DNA of 64,000 nt from Escherichia phage p000v, in sequence record NC_055781.1; one strand, 5' to 3'. The translations under genes and the position numbers were made by a program. The notes beneath the pieces were generated by a model, which was not told where the DNA came from, ran no database searches, and saw nothing but the letters and a program-made list of their open reading frames with translations. Of the stretch, positions 27,342 through 36,133 are shown piece after piece. Numbering within the stretch: position 1 is the first letter of the stretch; each line of letters opens with the position of its first letter.

Positions 27342-28502
27342 ATGAATACTTTTAAAATCGGAACGAATTTTGATTTAGCTCTTCTTGATAAAATCGTAGA
27401 GCTCAATAAAACCTATCCTAATAGCTTGATAAACGAAGTATATGGCTCTACAAGAGAAATGGCTTTTGTAGCAGCCAGACCTGATTTTAGGCTTCCTGAC
27501 GTTGACAAAAAGATGTTAGAAGACTACGTTAAACGTTGTAACGAATTAGGTATTTGCTTTAACTATACACTCAACACGATAAATCCTGGTTCAAAAAGAG
27601 AACTAGTTGAGTGGAAGAAGAAAGCTATTCAGGATTATGTTCAGTATCTTTGGTCAATAGGCGTATGGCGTATTACTATCGCTAACCCTGTTGTTATGGA
27701 AATTGTTCGTGAAGTCAATAAAGATATTGAGATTGAAGTTTCAACAATTCTACATGTCGATGCGGTAACTCAAATCAAATACTTACATGACCAATATAAC
27801 ATCAAAAAGGTCTGTTGCGGAATTCATAAGAACCGTTCAGTTTCTTTCCTGAAGCGTGCAGCAGAGTTTTGCAATAAGAACAATATAATATTTGAAGTTC
27901 TTGTAAATGAGTTCTGTTCTAATGCTGGTAAAGGGTATACAACACATTGTAGTTATCGTGACTCTTGCTATATTTTCCATAGTACTGATGTTACCGCTGA
28001 TGATGCTAAATCCTTAAATGGATATCCTATGCAGCACTGTATTAAAGCTCGTGATACAGACCCATTTAACTGGTTGAGAACTCGTTTTGTTCGTCCTCAA
28101 GATTTGAAACTTTATAATGATATTGGTATCACTCAATTCAAAGTTTCAGGACGTACAGGTAGCACAGACTACATTTTGAAAGTTCTTGAAGCATACGCTT
28201 CTGAAAAGTTTGAAGGTAATTTGTTAGAACTGTGGAAGCCTTTAGAGACTATTTTCACTCTTGAAAATGAGACTGAGTTTTCACATACAGTAAATATTGA
28301 AACCTCTTTGTTAGATGGCTTTTTAGAAAAAAGGTGGTTCAGACATCCAGATTTTGATTGTGCTAATGAAATCTGTGGGTCAACGTGTACATATTGTGAA
28401 AGGTATTATAAACGTCAATTATCTAAAAACGGGTTAGCAGAAAACTCCATATCTATTATTGATATAACTAACTCTGATGACGCTTTGAGGTACCCGGAAT
28501 GA
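27342..28502 (+). CDS. Cys-rich protein of unknown function (possible metal or Fe-S enzyme)
   Basis: 386 aa; Cys clusters CC, C-x10-C-x6-C and C-x4-C-x3-C-x2-C; no recognisable family by eye. Confidence 0.6.
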   Translation: MNTFKIGTNFDLALLDKIVELNKTYPNSLINEVYGSTREMAFVAARPDFRLPDVDKKMLEDYVKRCNELGICFNYTLNTINPGSKRELVEWKKKAIQDYVQYLWSIGVWRITIANPVVMEIVREVNKDIEIEVSTILHVDAVTQIKYLHDQYNIKKVCCGIHKNRSVSFLKRAAEFCNKNNIIFEVLVNEFCSNAGKGYTTHCSYRDSCYIFHSTDVTADDAKSLNGYPMQHCIKARDTDPFNWLRTRFVRPQDLKLYNDIGITQFKVSGRTGSTDYILKVLEAYASEKFEGNLLELWKPLETIFTLENETEFSHTVNIETSLLDGFLEKRWFRHPDFDCANEICGSTCTYCERYYKRQLSKNGLAENSISIIDITNSDDALRYPE

Positions 28503-28738
28503 TTTCTAGAAAAAGTTTTAATTATAAACTTAACGAAGAGATTTTGACTATGAAACTGAACACTAACGAACAAATTCTTAAAAAGGCCCTTATGGGCCTG
28601 TTTGAAACCAAAGCGGCTAAAGTGATTAAAGAACCTGTTCAATTGGAATACTACGCTGATGCATTTCTTCATAGTGTTCTTGGAAGTATCGATGCTGAAG
28701 CTTTACGTTATATCAACATTGTCAAGAAATTCAAATAA
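28499..28738 (+). CDS. hypothetical protein
   Basis: ATGA overlap with upstream stop. Confidence 0.4.
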   Translation: MISRKSFNYKLNEEILTMKLNTNEQILKKALMGLFETKAAKVIKEPVQLEYYADAFLHSVLGSIDAEALRYINIVKKFK

Positions 28739-28761
28739 GCTTTACGAATTGAGTATATAAT
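28738..28761 (+). promoter_or_regulatory. candidate middle promoter (MotA box AGCTTTAC, -10 TATAAT)
   Basis: GCTTTA, 10 nt spacer, TATAAT upstream of gene 42. Confidence 0.4.
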
Positions 28762-28780
28762 AAATTGTATTGAGGTAAAC

Positions 28781-29497
28781 ATGGGAAAACATAACACAAT
28801 GAAATATATCAAAGCCGCAGATTTTCAAACCGCATTTAAAGCAGTCAATCGTGAAATTTTAGAAAACCCGGAATTCGTAACTGATTCTCGTATTGGACGT
28901 TGTAATGAAATTGGGTCTATGACAGTAGTTGTTGACACTCCATCATCATTCAAAATGACCGACCCACGTATTAACCGCATCTCTTATGAATATGCCGAAG
29001 ACTTCTGGAAGTTTATGATTTCTGGTGGTACCAACGCAGAAGAAGCGTTTAAGGCATATCCTAATGTCGCTAAATTTATTTCTAAACCAAAATCAGATGT
29101 TTTGCCGGCGAACTTCAACACTTTCTATGGTCCTCGCATTGCGGCCCAATTACCAACTCTTCTAAAAGAACTTAAAGAGAAGCCTAACTCCCGAAGAGTT
29201 GTGTTCCAAATTCTAGAAAGTTCTGATCAGGCTTTGCTTGATTCGGACGAAACACTTGAATATCCATGTACTGACTCAGTAACTTATTATATTCGTGATG
29301 GTAAGCTTTATACCCACTGTCATATGCGTTCTCAGAACTGTGCTGTTGTTATGCAGTTGGATTTTTATCTCCAAGGAAAATTACTTCATTATATCGCTAA
29401 CGAATGCGGTGTAGAAGTTGGTGATTATACTCATACCATGGTAAGTGCCCATGTGTTTGAACGTGATTTTGATTATGTTAAAGGATTCCTTGACTAA
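28781..29497 (+). CDS. 42: thymidylate-synthase-fold pyrimidine hydroxymethylase (dCMP hydroxymethylase gp42)
   Basis: TS-like motifs NSRRVV, catalytic Cys in EYPCTDS, HMRSQN; synteny with T4 gene 42. Confidence 0.75.
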   Translation: MGKHNTMKYIKAADFQTAFKAVNREILENPEFVTDSRIGRCNEIGSMTVVVDTPSSFKMTDPRINRISYEYAEDFWKFMISGGTNAEEAFKAYPNVAKFISKPKSDVLPANFNTFYGPRIAAQLPTLLKELKEKPNSRRVVFQILESSDQALLDSDETLEYPCTDSVTYYIRDGKLYTHCHMRSQNCAVVMQLDFYLQGKLLHYIANECGVEVGDYTHTMVSAHVFERDFDYVKGFLD

Positions 29498-30396
29498 TGG
29501 CTATTTTCCGCGTACCAATCTTGAGTATGCGGTCTTATGAAACTGGACAGTATGCTATCCTTAAGGATGGCAACTTCCAACTTCATTTGCACCGTGCTAA
29601 TCCGGGTGATGTGATTACATATCCACGTAATGCATCTGATATTAAAGAATGCGAACGTCTTTTCCCAGAATTTAAGTTTGTTCCATTATGGTATAAAGAT
29701 AACGCGTATAACACTCGTAAATATTTCTGGACTGAAAATGAATTTGTGGTTGATTCATTAATTGATTATTATGATTGTGATTTTCTAATCACAGATATCA
29801 CTGGTTATGGTGGCGCTTTTGATGTGGAATTCAATTTCAATATCACTGCAGACCCTAATAAACCACGTTTTTATATTGATGAATTCTTAAAAACCGACAT
29901 GTTGTCTGTTAATCGTTCACTTCAAACTACTGTGTTGAATGAACGTCAAAAAGAAGTGCTGGTTAACGCAGGTGCAGATGGTAATAAGATTATCGTAACG
30001 CAGAAAGTTATACGTCCTTCCATCATGCAGCGTCTTGTAGGTGATTTGGCTCCTATTCATCTAGATGGTATTTTTCATCCATTTCGAATTAGTGACCCAT
30101 GTTATCGTTTTGAACAAGTGGTTGAATGTGCAATTCAATTAGGTCAACCGCTTTATATAACCGATCCAAATAATAGCTTCGACAGAAATAAGTATCCTGA
30201 AGAAGCGCTGATTCGAATTTTTAAACCAACTAAAACTGAGTACTATCAAATTCTTAAAGGACGTCCGAAAATTCAATATTTCGAAAATCCTGAAGAAGTA
30301 TTCCATCCAGGTCTTGGTGAGTTCATCTACTTTAATGCTTTAATTTCTTCGCCGTATAATATACCTAAATACGAAGATGTCGTAATCGAGGAATAA
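29497..30396 (+). CDS. hypothetical protein occupying the T4 b-gt position
   Basis: 299 aa; coupled start TAATG; no recognisable motif. Confidence 0.55.
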   Translation: MAIFRVPILSMRSYETGQYAILKDGNFQLHLHRANPGDVITYPRNASDIKECERLFPEFKFVPLWYKDNAYNTRKYFWTENEFVVDSLIDYYDCDFLITDITGYGGAFDVEFNFNITADPNKPRFYIDEFLKTDMLSVNRSLQTTVLNERQKEVLVNAGADGNKIIVTQKVIRPSIMQRLVGDLAPIHLDGIFHPFRISDPCYRFEQVVECAIQLGQPLYITDPNNSFDRNKYPEEALIRIFKPTKTEYYQILKGRPKIQYFENPEEVFHPGLGEFIYFNALISSPYNIPKYEDVVIEE

Positions 30397-30397
30397 A

Positions 30398-30946
30398 ATG
30401 GCTAAAATTATTTTAGTAGATGGCCCGGATAATGCCGGTAAAACAACTTTCATTAATGACATAATGGAAATTAGTGAAAGATATGTAAAGATTGATTTCC
30501 CTAAACGAACAGTTGATGGACGTTTCGATGTTAAGTCTCGAAATGAAGTTGGCTGTTTCGAAACGATGTTGAATTATTTAGACCCTACTAAGATTTATCT
30601 GTTAGACCGTGGATATATTAGTAACTGGGTTTATGGACGTATTCGACAAGATGCGGACTCGATTCTTGACGTTTATGAACAGGACTATGTTCGTCTTTGC
30701 CAAAACCATGATGTGTTCACAATTATTTTAACACGTAACGAAATGACTGAAAGTTTTGAAGACGACCTTATTACTTTGTCTTCATTCGGTTTTAATACAG
30801 TCATTTCACATTTTGAAGAGTTTGCAATTCATAACAAAATCCAAACATATCAATTACTTAATCATGATGGTGCTAACAAAGTTATAGGATTTAATGCAAG
30901 CGAACGTAATGGTTTGATTACAGAAATCATCAAATGGGCTCGTTAA
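30398..30946 (+). CDS. P-loop kinase-like protein
   Basis: Walker A GPDNAGKTT and LLDRGY motif reminiscent of nucleoside/nucleotide kinases. Confidence 0.55.
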   Translation: MAKIILVDGPDNAGKTTFINDIMEISERYVKIDFPKRTVDGRFDVKSRNEVGCFETMLNYLDPTKIYLLDRGYISNWVYGRIRQDADSILDVYEQDYVRLCQNHDVFTIILTRNEMTESFEDDLITLSSFGFNTVISHFEEFAIHNKIQTYQLLNHDGANKVIGFNASERNGLITEIIKWAR

Positions 30947-31045
30947 GAGCCTGTTTAAAGTTTTAAATGCTGTATAACCCTTAGTATATAATCGTTTTAT
31001 CTTTTAAACATGAGTAAAATATAATGATGCCTATGGAAAAATACA

Positions 31046-32218
31046 ATGTCTGATTTAAAATCTCGTCTGATTAAAGCTTCTACTTCTAAAATGACTGCAG
31101 ACTTGACTAAGTCTAAGCTGTTTAATAATCGTGATGAAGTCCCTACTCGTATTCCGATGTTGAATATTGCACTAGGTGGTGCTCTGAATGCAGGATTGCA
31201 ATCAGGCTTGACTATTTTTGCTGCACCTTCTAAACACTTTAAAACGCTGTTTGGACTAACTATGGTTGCAGCGTATATGAAGAAATATAAAGATGCAATC
31301 TGTTTGTTCTATGACTCAGAATTTGGTGCTTCAGAATCTTATTTTCGTTCAATGGGTGTTGATTTAGACCGTGTAGTTCATACACCAATTCAGTCCGTCG
31401 AACAACTTAAAGTTGATATGACTAATCAGCTTGACGCGATTGAACGCGGTGATAAAGTTATTATCTTTATCGATTCAATCGGTAATACTGCATCTAAGAA
31501 AGAAACCGAAGATGCATTGAATGAGAAAGTCGTAGGTGATATGTCTCGTGCTAAGGCACTTAAATCTCTGTTCCGTATTGTGACCCCGTATCTGACTATT
31601 AAAGATATTCCGTGTGTTGCAATCAACCATACAGCAATGGAAATCGGCGGACTATATCCTAAAGAGATTATGGGTGGTGGTACAGGTATTCTTTATTCTG
31701 CCAACACGGTATTTTTTATCTCTAAACGTCAGGTTAAAGAAGGTACAGAATTGACCGGTTATGACTTCACGTTGAAAGCAGAAAAATCTCGTACAGTTAA
31801 AGAGAAATCTACTTTCCCGATCACGGTTAATTTCGATGGTGGTATCGACCCATTCAGTGGCTTGCTAGAAATGGCAACTGAAATCGGTTTTGTGGTTAAG
31901 CCTAAAGCTGGTTGGTATGCTCGTGAATTCCTTGACGAAGAAACAGGTGAAATGATTCGTGAAGAAAAATCATGGCGTGCTAAAGCTACTGATTGTGTAG
32001 AATTCTGGGGACCTTTGTTTAAACACAAACCTTTCCGTGATGCGATTGAAATGAAATATAAGCTAGGCGCTATCTCGTCTATTAAAGAAGTTGATGACGC
32101 TGTTAACGACCTTATTAATTGCAAAGCAACAACTAAAGTTCCGGTTAAAGCTTCTGATGCTCCGTCTGCAGCAGATATAGAAAACGACCTTGACGAAATG
32201 GAAGATTTCGATGAATAA
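31046..32218 (+). CDS. uvsX: RecA-like recombinase UvsX
   Basis: MSDLKSRLIKASTSK...GPSKHFKT...KSWRAKATDCVEFWGPLFKH matches recalled T4 UvsX. Confidence 0.95.
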   Translation: MSDLKSRLIKASTSKMTADLTKSKLFNNRDEVPTRIPMLNIALGGALNAGLQSGLTIFAAPSKHFKTLFGLTMVAAYMKKYKDAICLFYDSEFGASESYFRSMGVDLDRVVHTPIQSVEQLKVDMTNQLDAIERGDKVIIFIDSIGNTASKKETEDALNEKVVGDMSRAKALKSLFRIVTPYLTIKDIPCVAINHTAMEIGGLYPKEIMGGGTGILYSANTVFFISKRQVKEGTELTGYDFTLKAEKSRTVKEKSTFPITVNFDGGIDPFSGLLEMATEIGFVVKPKAGWYAREFLDEETGEMIREEKSWRAKATDCVEFWGPLFKHKPFRDAIEMKYKLGAISSIKEVDDAVNDLINCKATTKVPVKASDAPSAADIENDLDEMEDFDE

Positions 32219-32552
32219 TCTCGATGATTTAAATCTAGAAATCGTTGATGAATCCCCTTCTTCGGAAGGGGAAGACATTCGCAAAGAACGAGTGTTTAAT
32301 GAATCTCTTAAAATTATCCGTTCAGCAATGGAAAATGTCATTCAAGAGATTCTGATTACACTTGAAGATGGTTCTCATCATATAGTCTATATTACAAAAC
32401 TAGACTGGGTTGATGGTAAAATCGTAATGGACTTTGCAGTTCTTGACCAGGACAGAAAAGCAGAACTTGCACCACATGTTGAAAAATGTGTTACAATGCA
32501 AGTACAACAAGCTTTTAATGAACGAACCAAGAAAAAATTTAAATTCTTTTAA
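32211..32552 (+). CDS. 40: gp40-like protein (position of T4 gene 40)
   Basis: Synteny between uvsX and 41; ATG overlaps uvsX 3' end. Confidence 0.6.
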   Translation: MNNLDDLNLEIVDESPSSEGEDIRKERVFNESLKIIRSAMENVIQEILITLEDGSHHIVYITKLDWVDGKIVMDFAVLDQDRKAELAPHVEKCVTMQVQQAFNERTKKKFKFF

Positions 32553-32561
32553 GGAGTTATC

Positions 32562-34004
32562 GTGGTAGAAATTATTTTGTCTCATCTAGTATACGACCAG
32601 GCTTATTTTTCTAAGGTCTGGCCTTATATGGATTCTGATTACTTTGAGCGTGGACCGGCAAAAAACGTCTTTAAAATTATAAAGAGCCACGTTAACGAAT
32701 ATAATGCAATGCCATCTATCAATGCATTAAAGGTGGCTTTAGATAACAGTTCTTTAACTGAAGCTGAATATAAAGGAACTTCAGACCTAATTGAAAAATT
32801 GGCTGATACTCCTGAAGACCATGAATGGCTGGTTAAAGAAACTGAGAAATATGTCCAGCAAAAAGCGATGTATAATGCTACATCCAAAATCATTGAGATT
32901 CAGTCTAATGCTGAACTACCTCCAGAACAACGTAACAAGAAAATGCCTGACGTAGGAGCTATTCCTGATATTATGCGTCAAGCGCTTTCAATTTCGTTCG
33001 ATAGTTATGTTGGACATGACTGGATGGAAGACTACGAAGCACGCTGGCTTTCTTATCTAAATAAAGCACGTAAGGTCCCGTTCAAATTAAACATTTTGAA
33101 TAAAATCACCAAAGGTGGTGCCGAAACCGGTACACTAAACGTTTTAATGGCGGGTGTTAACGTTGGTAAATCTTTAGGCCTTTGTTCACTTGCTGCAGAT
33201 TATCTTCAAACAGGTCATAATGTTCTTTATATTTCCATGGAAATGGCTGAAGAAGTTTGTGCTAAGCGTATAGATGCAAACATGCTTGACGTATCACTTG
33301 ATGATATCGATGATGGTAACGTATCTTATGCTGAATATAAAGCCAAGATGGAAAAATGGCGTTCAAAAACAACATTAGGACGTTTAGTAGTTAAACAGTA
33401 TCCTACCGGTGGAGCTAATGCTAATACATTCCGTGCATTGCTTAATGAGTTAAAACTCAAGAAGAACTTTGTGCCGTCTGTAATCATGGTTGATTACTTA
33501 GGTATTTGTGGGTCTTGTCGTATCAGAGTTTACACTGAAAATAGCTACACATTAGTTAAAGCTATCGCAGAAGAACTTCGTGCATTAGCAGTAGAATCTG
33601 AAACAGTTCTATGGACTGCTGCTCAGGTAGGACGTGCAGCATGGGATGCTTCAGACATGAACATGAGTGATATCGCAGAATCAGCAGGTTTACCAGCAAC
33701 GGCAGATTTCATGTTGGCTGTAATTGAAACCGAAGAACTTGCACAAGCTGAACAACAACTTATCAAACAAATCAAATCACGATATGGTGATAAGAATAAG
33801 TGGAATAAATTCCTGATGGGTGTACGTAAAGGCAATCAGAAATGGGTTGAGATTGAGCAAGAAGGCATGAACACACCTAACACAGTAAATGAAAACGCAG
33901 GTGCTCAGATGCGTCAAGCAGAGGTGAATCGTACGGAACGCGTAGGTAAAGCCAAAGCAACACGTGCTGACCTAGATAGCTTAGCCAACGAGTTAAAATT
34001 TTAA
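32562..34004 (+). CDS. 41: replicative helicase gp41 (DnaB family), GTG start
   Basis: MVEIILSHL...Walker A GVNVGKS; matches recalled T4 gp41; RBS AAGGAG 5 nt upstream of GTG. Confidence 0.93.
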   Translation: MVEIILSHLVYDQAYFSKVWPYMDSDYFERGPAKNVFKIIKSHVNEYNAMPSINALKVALDNSSLTEAEYKGTSDLIEKLADTPEDHEWLVKETEKYVQQKAMYNATSKIIEIQSNAELPPEQRNKKMPDVGAIPDIMRQALSISFDSYVGHDWMEDYEARWLSYLNKARKVPFKLNILNKITKGGAETGTLNVLMAGVNVGKSLGLCSLAADYLQTGHNVLYISMEMAEEVCAKRIDANMLDVSLDDIDDGNVSYAEYKAKMEKWRSKTTLGRLVVKQYPTGGANANTFRALLNELKLKKNFVPSVIMVDYLGICGSCRIRVYTENSYTLVKAIAEELRALAVESETVLWTAAQVGRAAWDASDMNMSDIAESAGLPATADFMLAVIETEELAQAEQQLIKQIKSRYGDKNKWNKFLMGVRKGNQKWVEIEQEGMNTPNTVNENAGAQMRQAEVNRTERVGKAKATRADLDSLANELKF

Positions 34005-34010
34005 TAAAAA

Positions 34011-34029
34011 GGAGACTTCGGTCTCCTTT
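34011..34029 (+). terminator. hairpin GGAGAC-UUCG-GUCUCC + UUU
   Basis: 6 bp stem with UUCG loop right after gene 41. Confidence 0.55.
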
Positions 34030-34033
34030 CGGG

Positions 34034-34063
34034 GTTTACATCTTCCTCTAGGCATGATATGAT
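34034..34063 (+). promoter_or_regulatory. candidate early promoter GTTTAC ... TATGAT
   Basis: GTTTAC at 34034-34039, -10-like TATGAT 18 nt downstream. Confidence 0.4.
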
Positions 34064-34092
34064 GTACTTACACTAACCAAGAGGAAAACATT

Positions 34093-34467
34093 ATGAATAT
34101 GTCTCAAGCAATTTTTACTGCAATCACCGAAAACACAACTGTTGAAGTAGTTTCTCCGCTGGCAACCTACGTTATTCTTGCTCCTAAATCTATTGTATCT
34201 CGTATGGAAAACATGGGCAAACGTATCGTACAAATCGTTGGAGCCGGAAATCAAAAACTTGATTATCTGCGAACCATCAAAGCTTATGAACATTTCCAAC
34301 TCGAAAAAGGTTCTCCCATCCAGGTAGAACTCGTAAATGGTGATATCGTTCGAGCAATGTTCCATCATTTCTATGCATTGAATGACCCATCTAAAGCGGT
34401 TCGTTTAATTGCATACGACGCAAACCAAAACGAAATCAACGCAGATATATCTAAATTACGTTTTTAA
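34093..34467 (+). CDS. hypothetical protein
   Basis: ORF track 124 aa; RBS GAGGAAAA. Confidence 0.5.
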   Translation: MNMSQAIFTAITENTTVEVVSPLATYVILAPKSIVSRMENMGKRIVQIVGAGNQKLDYLRTIKAYEHFQLEKGSPIQVELVNGDIVRAMFHHFYALNDPSKAVRLIAYDANQNEINADISKLRF

Positions 34468-34515
34468 GTTTACTTCTCCAGTAGTTATGTTATTATAGAT
34501 CTATCAACTACTGGA
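34456..34515 (+). promoter_or_regulatory. early promoter embedded in palindrome (TCTCCAGTAGTT ... AACTACTGGAGA)
   Basis: GTTTAC then ATGTTATTATAGATCTATC flanked by a 12 bp inverted repeat; related copy at 2255-2287. Confidence 0.45.
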
Positions 34516-34522
34516 GAACAAA

Positions 34523-34840
34523 ATGAAAACCATCGATTGTAAAGCAGAATTTAAGATTTTTTATCACGGTTCAAGTAGTTCAGCTAACATCGAAAACATG
34601 CTTTGTCCTCCTGAAGAAACAGGAGTTCTGTCTGAAACCGGACGTAAGAAAAACTTGAATCGTGTATTCTTTACTGAAGATATCGGTTTAGCAAAGATTT
34701 ACGCAGGACGAGCAGCACGCTCTTATGGAGGTGAACCACGTCTCTATCGAGTAATTTCTCCGGTAGATGTAGTTCAAATGAATGATACTAAAGGTGCTAC
34801 AGTTTATCATGCTGAATGGGCATTTTGCGAGGAAATATGA
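34523..34840 (+). CDS. hypothetical protein
   Basis: ORF track 105 aa. Confidence 0.5.
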   Translation: MKTIDCKAEFKIFYHGSSSSANIENMLCPPEETGVLSETGRKKNLNRVFFTEDIGLAKIYAGRAARSYGGEPRLYRVISPVDVVQMNDTKGATVYHAEWAFCEEI

Positions 34841-35025
34841 GCAAATTAACTAAAATTACTTTTATTGGCTGGTTTAAAAGCGGTGAGATGTTCACTAAAG
34901 ATATCATGTTATCAGGTGATCGTGAAGAAATCGAGTGGGTTGCGGTGCAACTCGCCGAAGTGAACAATGCATTAGTTAAAGCATTTATTAATGACGAGAA
35001 AGTTTTTGAAGCTGATTTTCGATAA
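34837..35025 (+). CDS. hypothetical protein
   Basis: ATGA overlap with upstream stop. Confidence 0.4.
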   Translation: MSKLTKITFIGWFKSGEMFTKDIMLSGDREEIEWVAVQLAEVNNALVKAFINDEKVFEADFR

Positions 35026-35096
35026 TTTTAAAATAACTGTTTACAAGCACCACATACTGTGTTACTATCTTTTTATCAACTACAGAGGAAATTGAA

Positions 35097-35465
35097 ATGA
35101 AAAAATTAATCGCTTTAGCAATGGTATTTGGATTAACAGGATGTGGTGCTCATGGCTTTATCCCTAATAACGTTGGCCAATTGATTTATAACCCGAATGT
35201 TAAACAGTACAACCAACCTAAAGTTGAAGTGGAAGACCCGGTTACTGTAGGTAATCGAATGATTCAAGCTGATGCCCATGCTCAACGTTATCGTGATTCT
35301 GATACTGTAGCATTGTCAAAAGAACAACGCGTTAAAGAACATTGCTTACAGGCTACTGAAATCGCATTCATTCGCTATGTTGAAACAACTGGCAAAGAGC
35401 CTTCCCAGAAACAAATCGCGAATAACTACGTCCAGTGTATTGAACGTTTAAACAAATTTAATTAA
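35097..35465 (+). CDS. putative lipoprotein
   Basis: Signal peptide with lipobox LTGC. Confidence 0.55.
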   Translation: MKKLIALAMVFGLTGCGAHGFIPNNVGQLIYNPNVKQYNQPKVEVEDPVTVGNRMIQADAHAQRYRDSDTVALSKEQRVKEHCLQATEIAFIRYVETTGKEPSQKQIANNYVQCIERLNKFN

Positions 35466-35526
35466 TTGGTTTACACCAAAGTTAAACCAAGATACTATAA
35501 ACATAACAAATCAAGAGGAAATTAAC

Positions 35527-35775
35527 ATGGAATTATTCGTGGCTAGTTCAGTAGCAGTTTTAATCGCAGGTATTGGTTCAATCATCATTTACATGTTGCC
35601 TTGGGTAATCGCACTTATTCGTGGCACAAAAAGCACAACAGCAATCTTCTTTGTATCTTTACTCTTTAACTGGACGATGATTGGTTGGATTGGAACTTTA
35701 ATTTGGTCTATCGTTGCCGAAAAGAAATCTGCTCAGCAGACTCAACAAGTAATTATTATTCGCGAAAAAGAATAA
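35527..35775 (+). CDS. membrane protein (two TM segments)
   Basis: Hydrophobic throughout. Confidence 0.5.
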   Translation: MELFVASSVAVLIAGIGSIIIYMLPWVIALIRGTKSTTAIFFVSLLFNWTMIGWIGTLIWSIVAEKKSAQQTQQVIIIREKE

Positions 35776-35838
35776 ACTTGTTTACATTATAGATGGACTA
35801 TAGTATAGTAGTCCTATCAAATCAACTAAGGAGTTAAA

Positions 35839-36132
35839 ATGAAAAAGTTATCATTGGCAGCAATCCTACTTGCAGTATCATGTGCACCGGCTCCAGTTAC
35901 GGCAGGTTATGATAAAGACCTCTGTGAGTGGTCAATGACTGCAAATCAAGAAGATGTTGAACAACAAATCTTCTCTGATATCATGAACATCACTAAACGA
36001 GACCGTCCTAATATGGTTAATAAAGTTGTTGAACAACTTAAGTCTGGCGGTATCATGCAGTACAACTATGTTTTGTATTGTGACCCTAATTTCGATAACA
36101 AAGATATCGTAACCGAAATCACAGGTGAATAA
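35839..36132 (+). CDS. secreted/periplasmic small protein
   Basis: Signal peptide MKKLSLAAILLAVSCAPAPVTAG. Confidence 0.5.
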   Translation: MKKLSLAAILLAVSCAPAPVTAGYDKDLCEWSMTANQEDVEQQIFSDIMNITKRDRPNMVNKVVEQLKSGGIMQYNYVLYCDPNFDNKDIVTEITGE

Positions 36133-36133
36133 T

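Noticed and set aside
29497-30396. Calling the 299-aa ORF a beta-glucosyltransferase ortholog because of position
   Set aside because: No sequence resemblance to T4 b-gt as I recall it and no GT motifs visible; kept as unknown.
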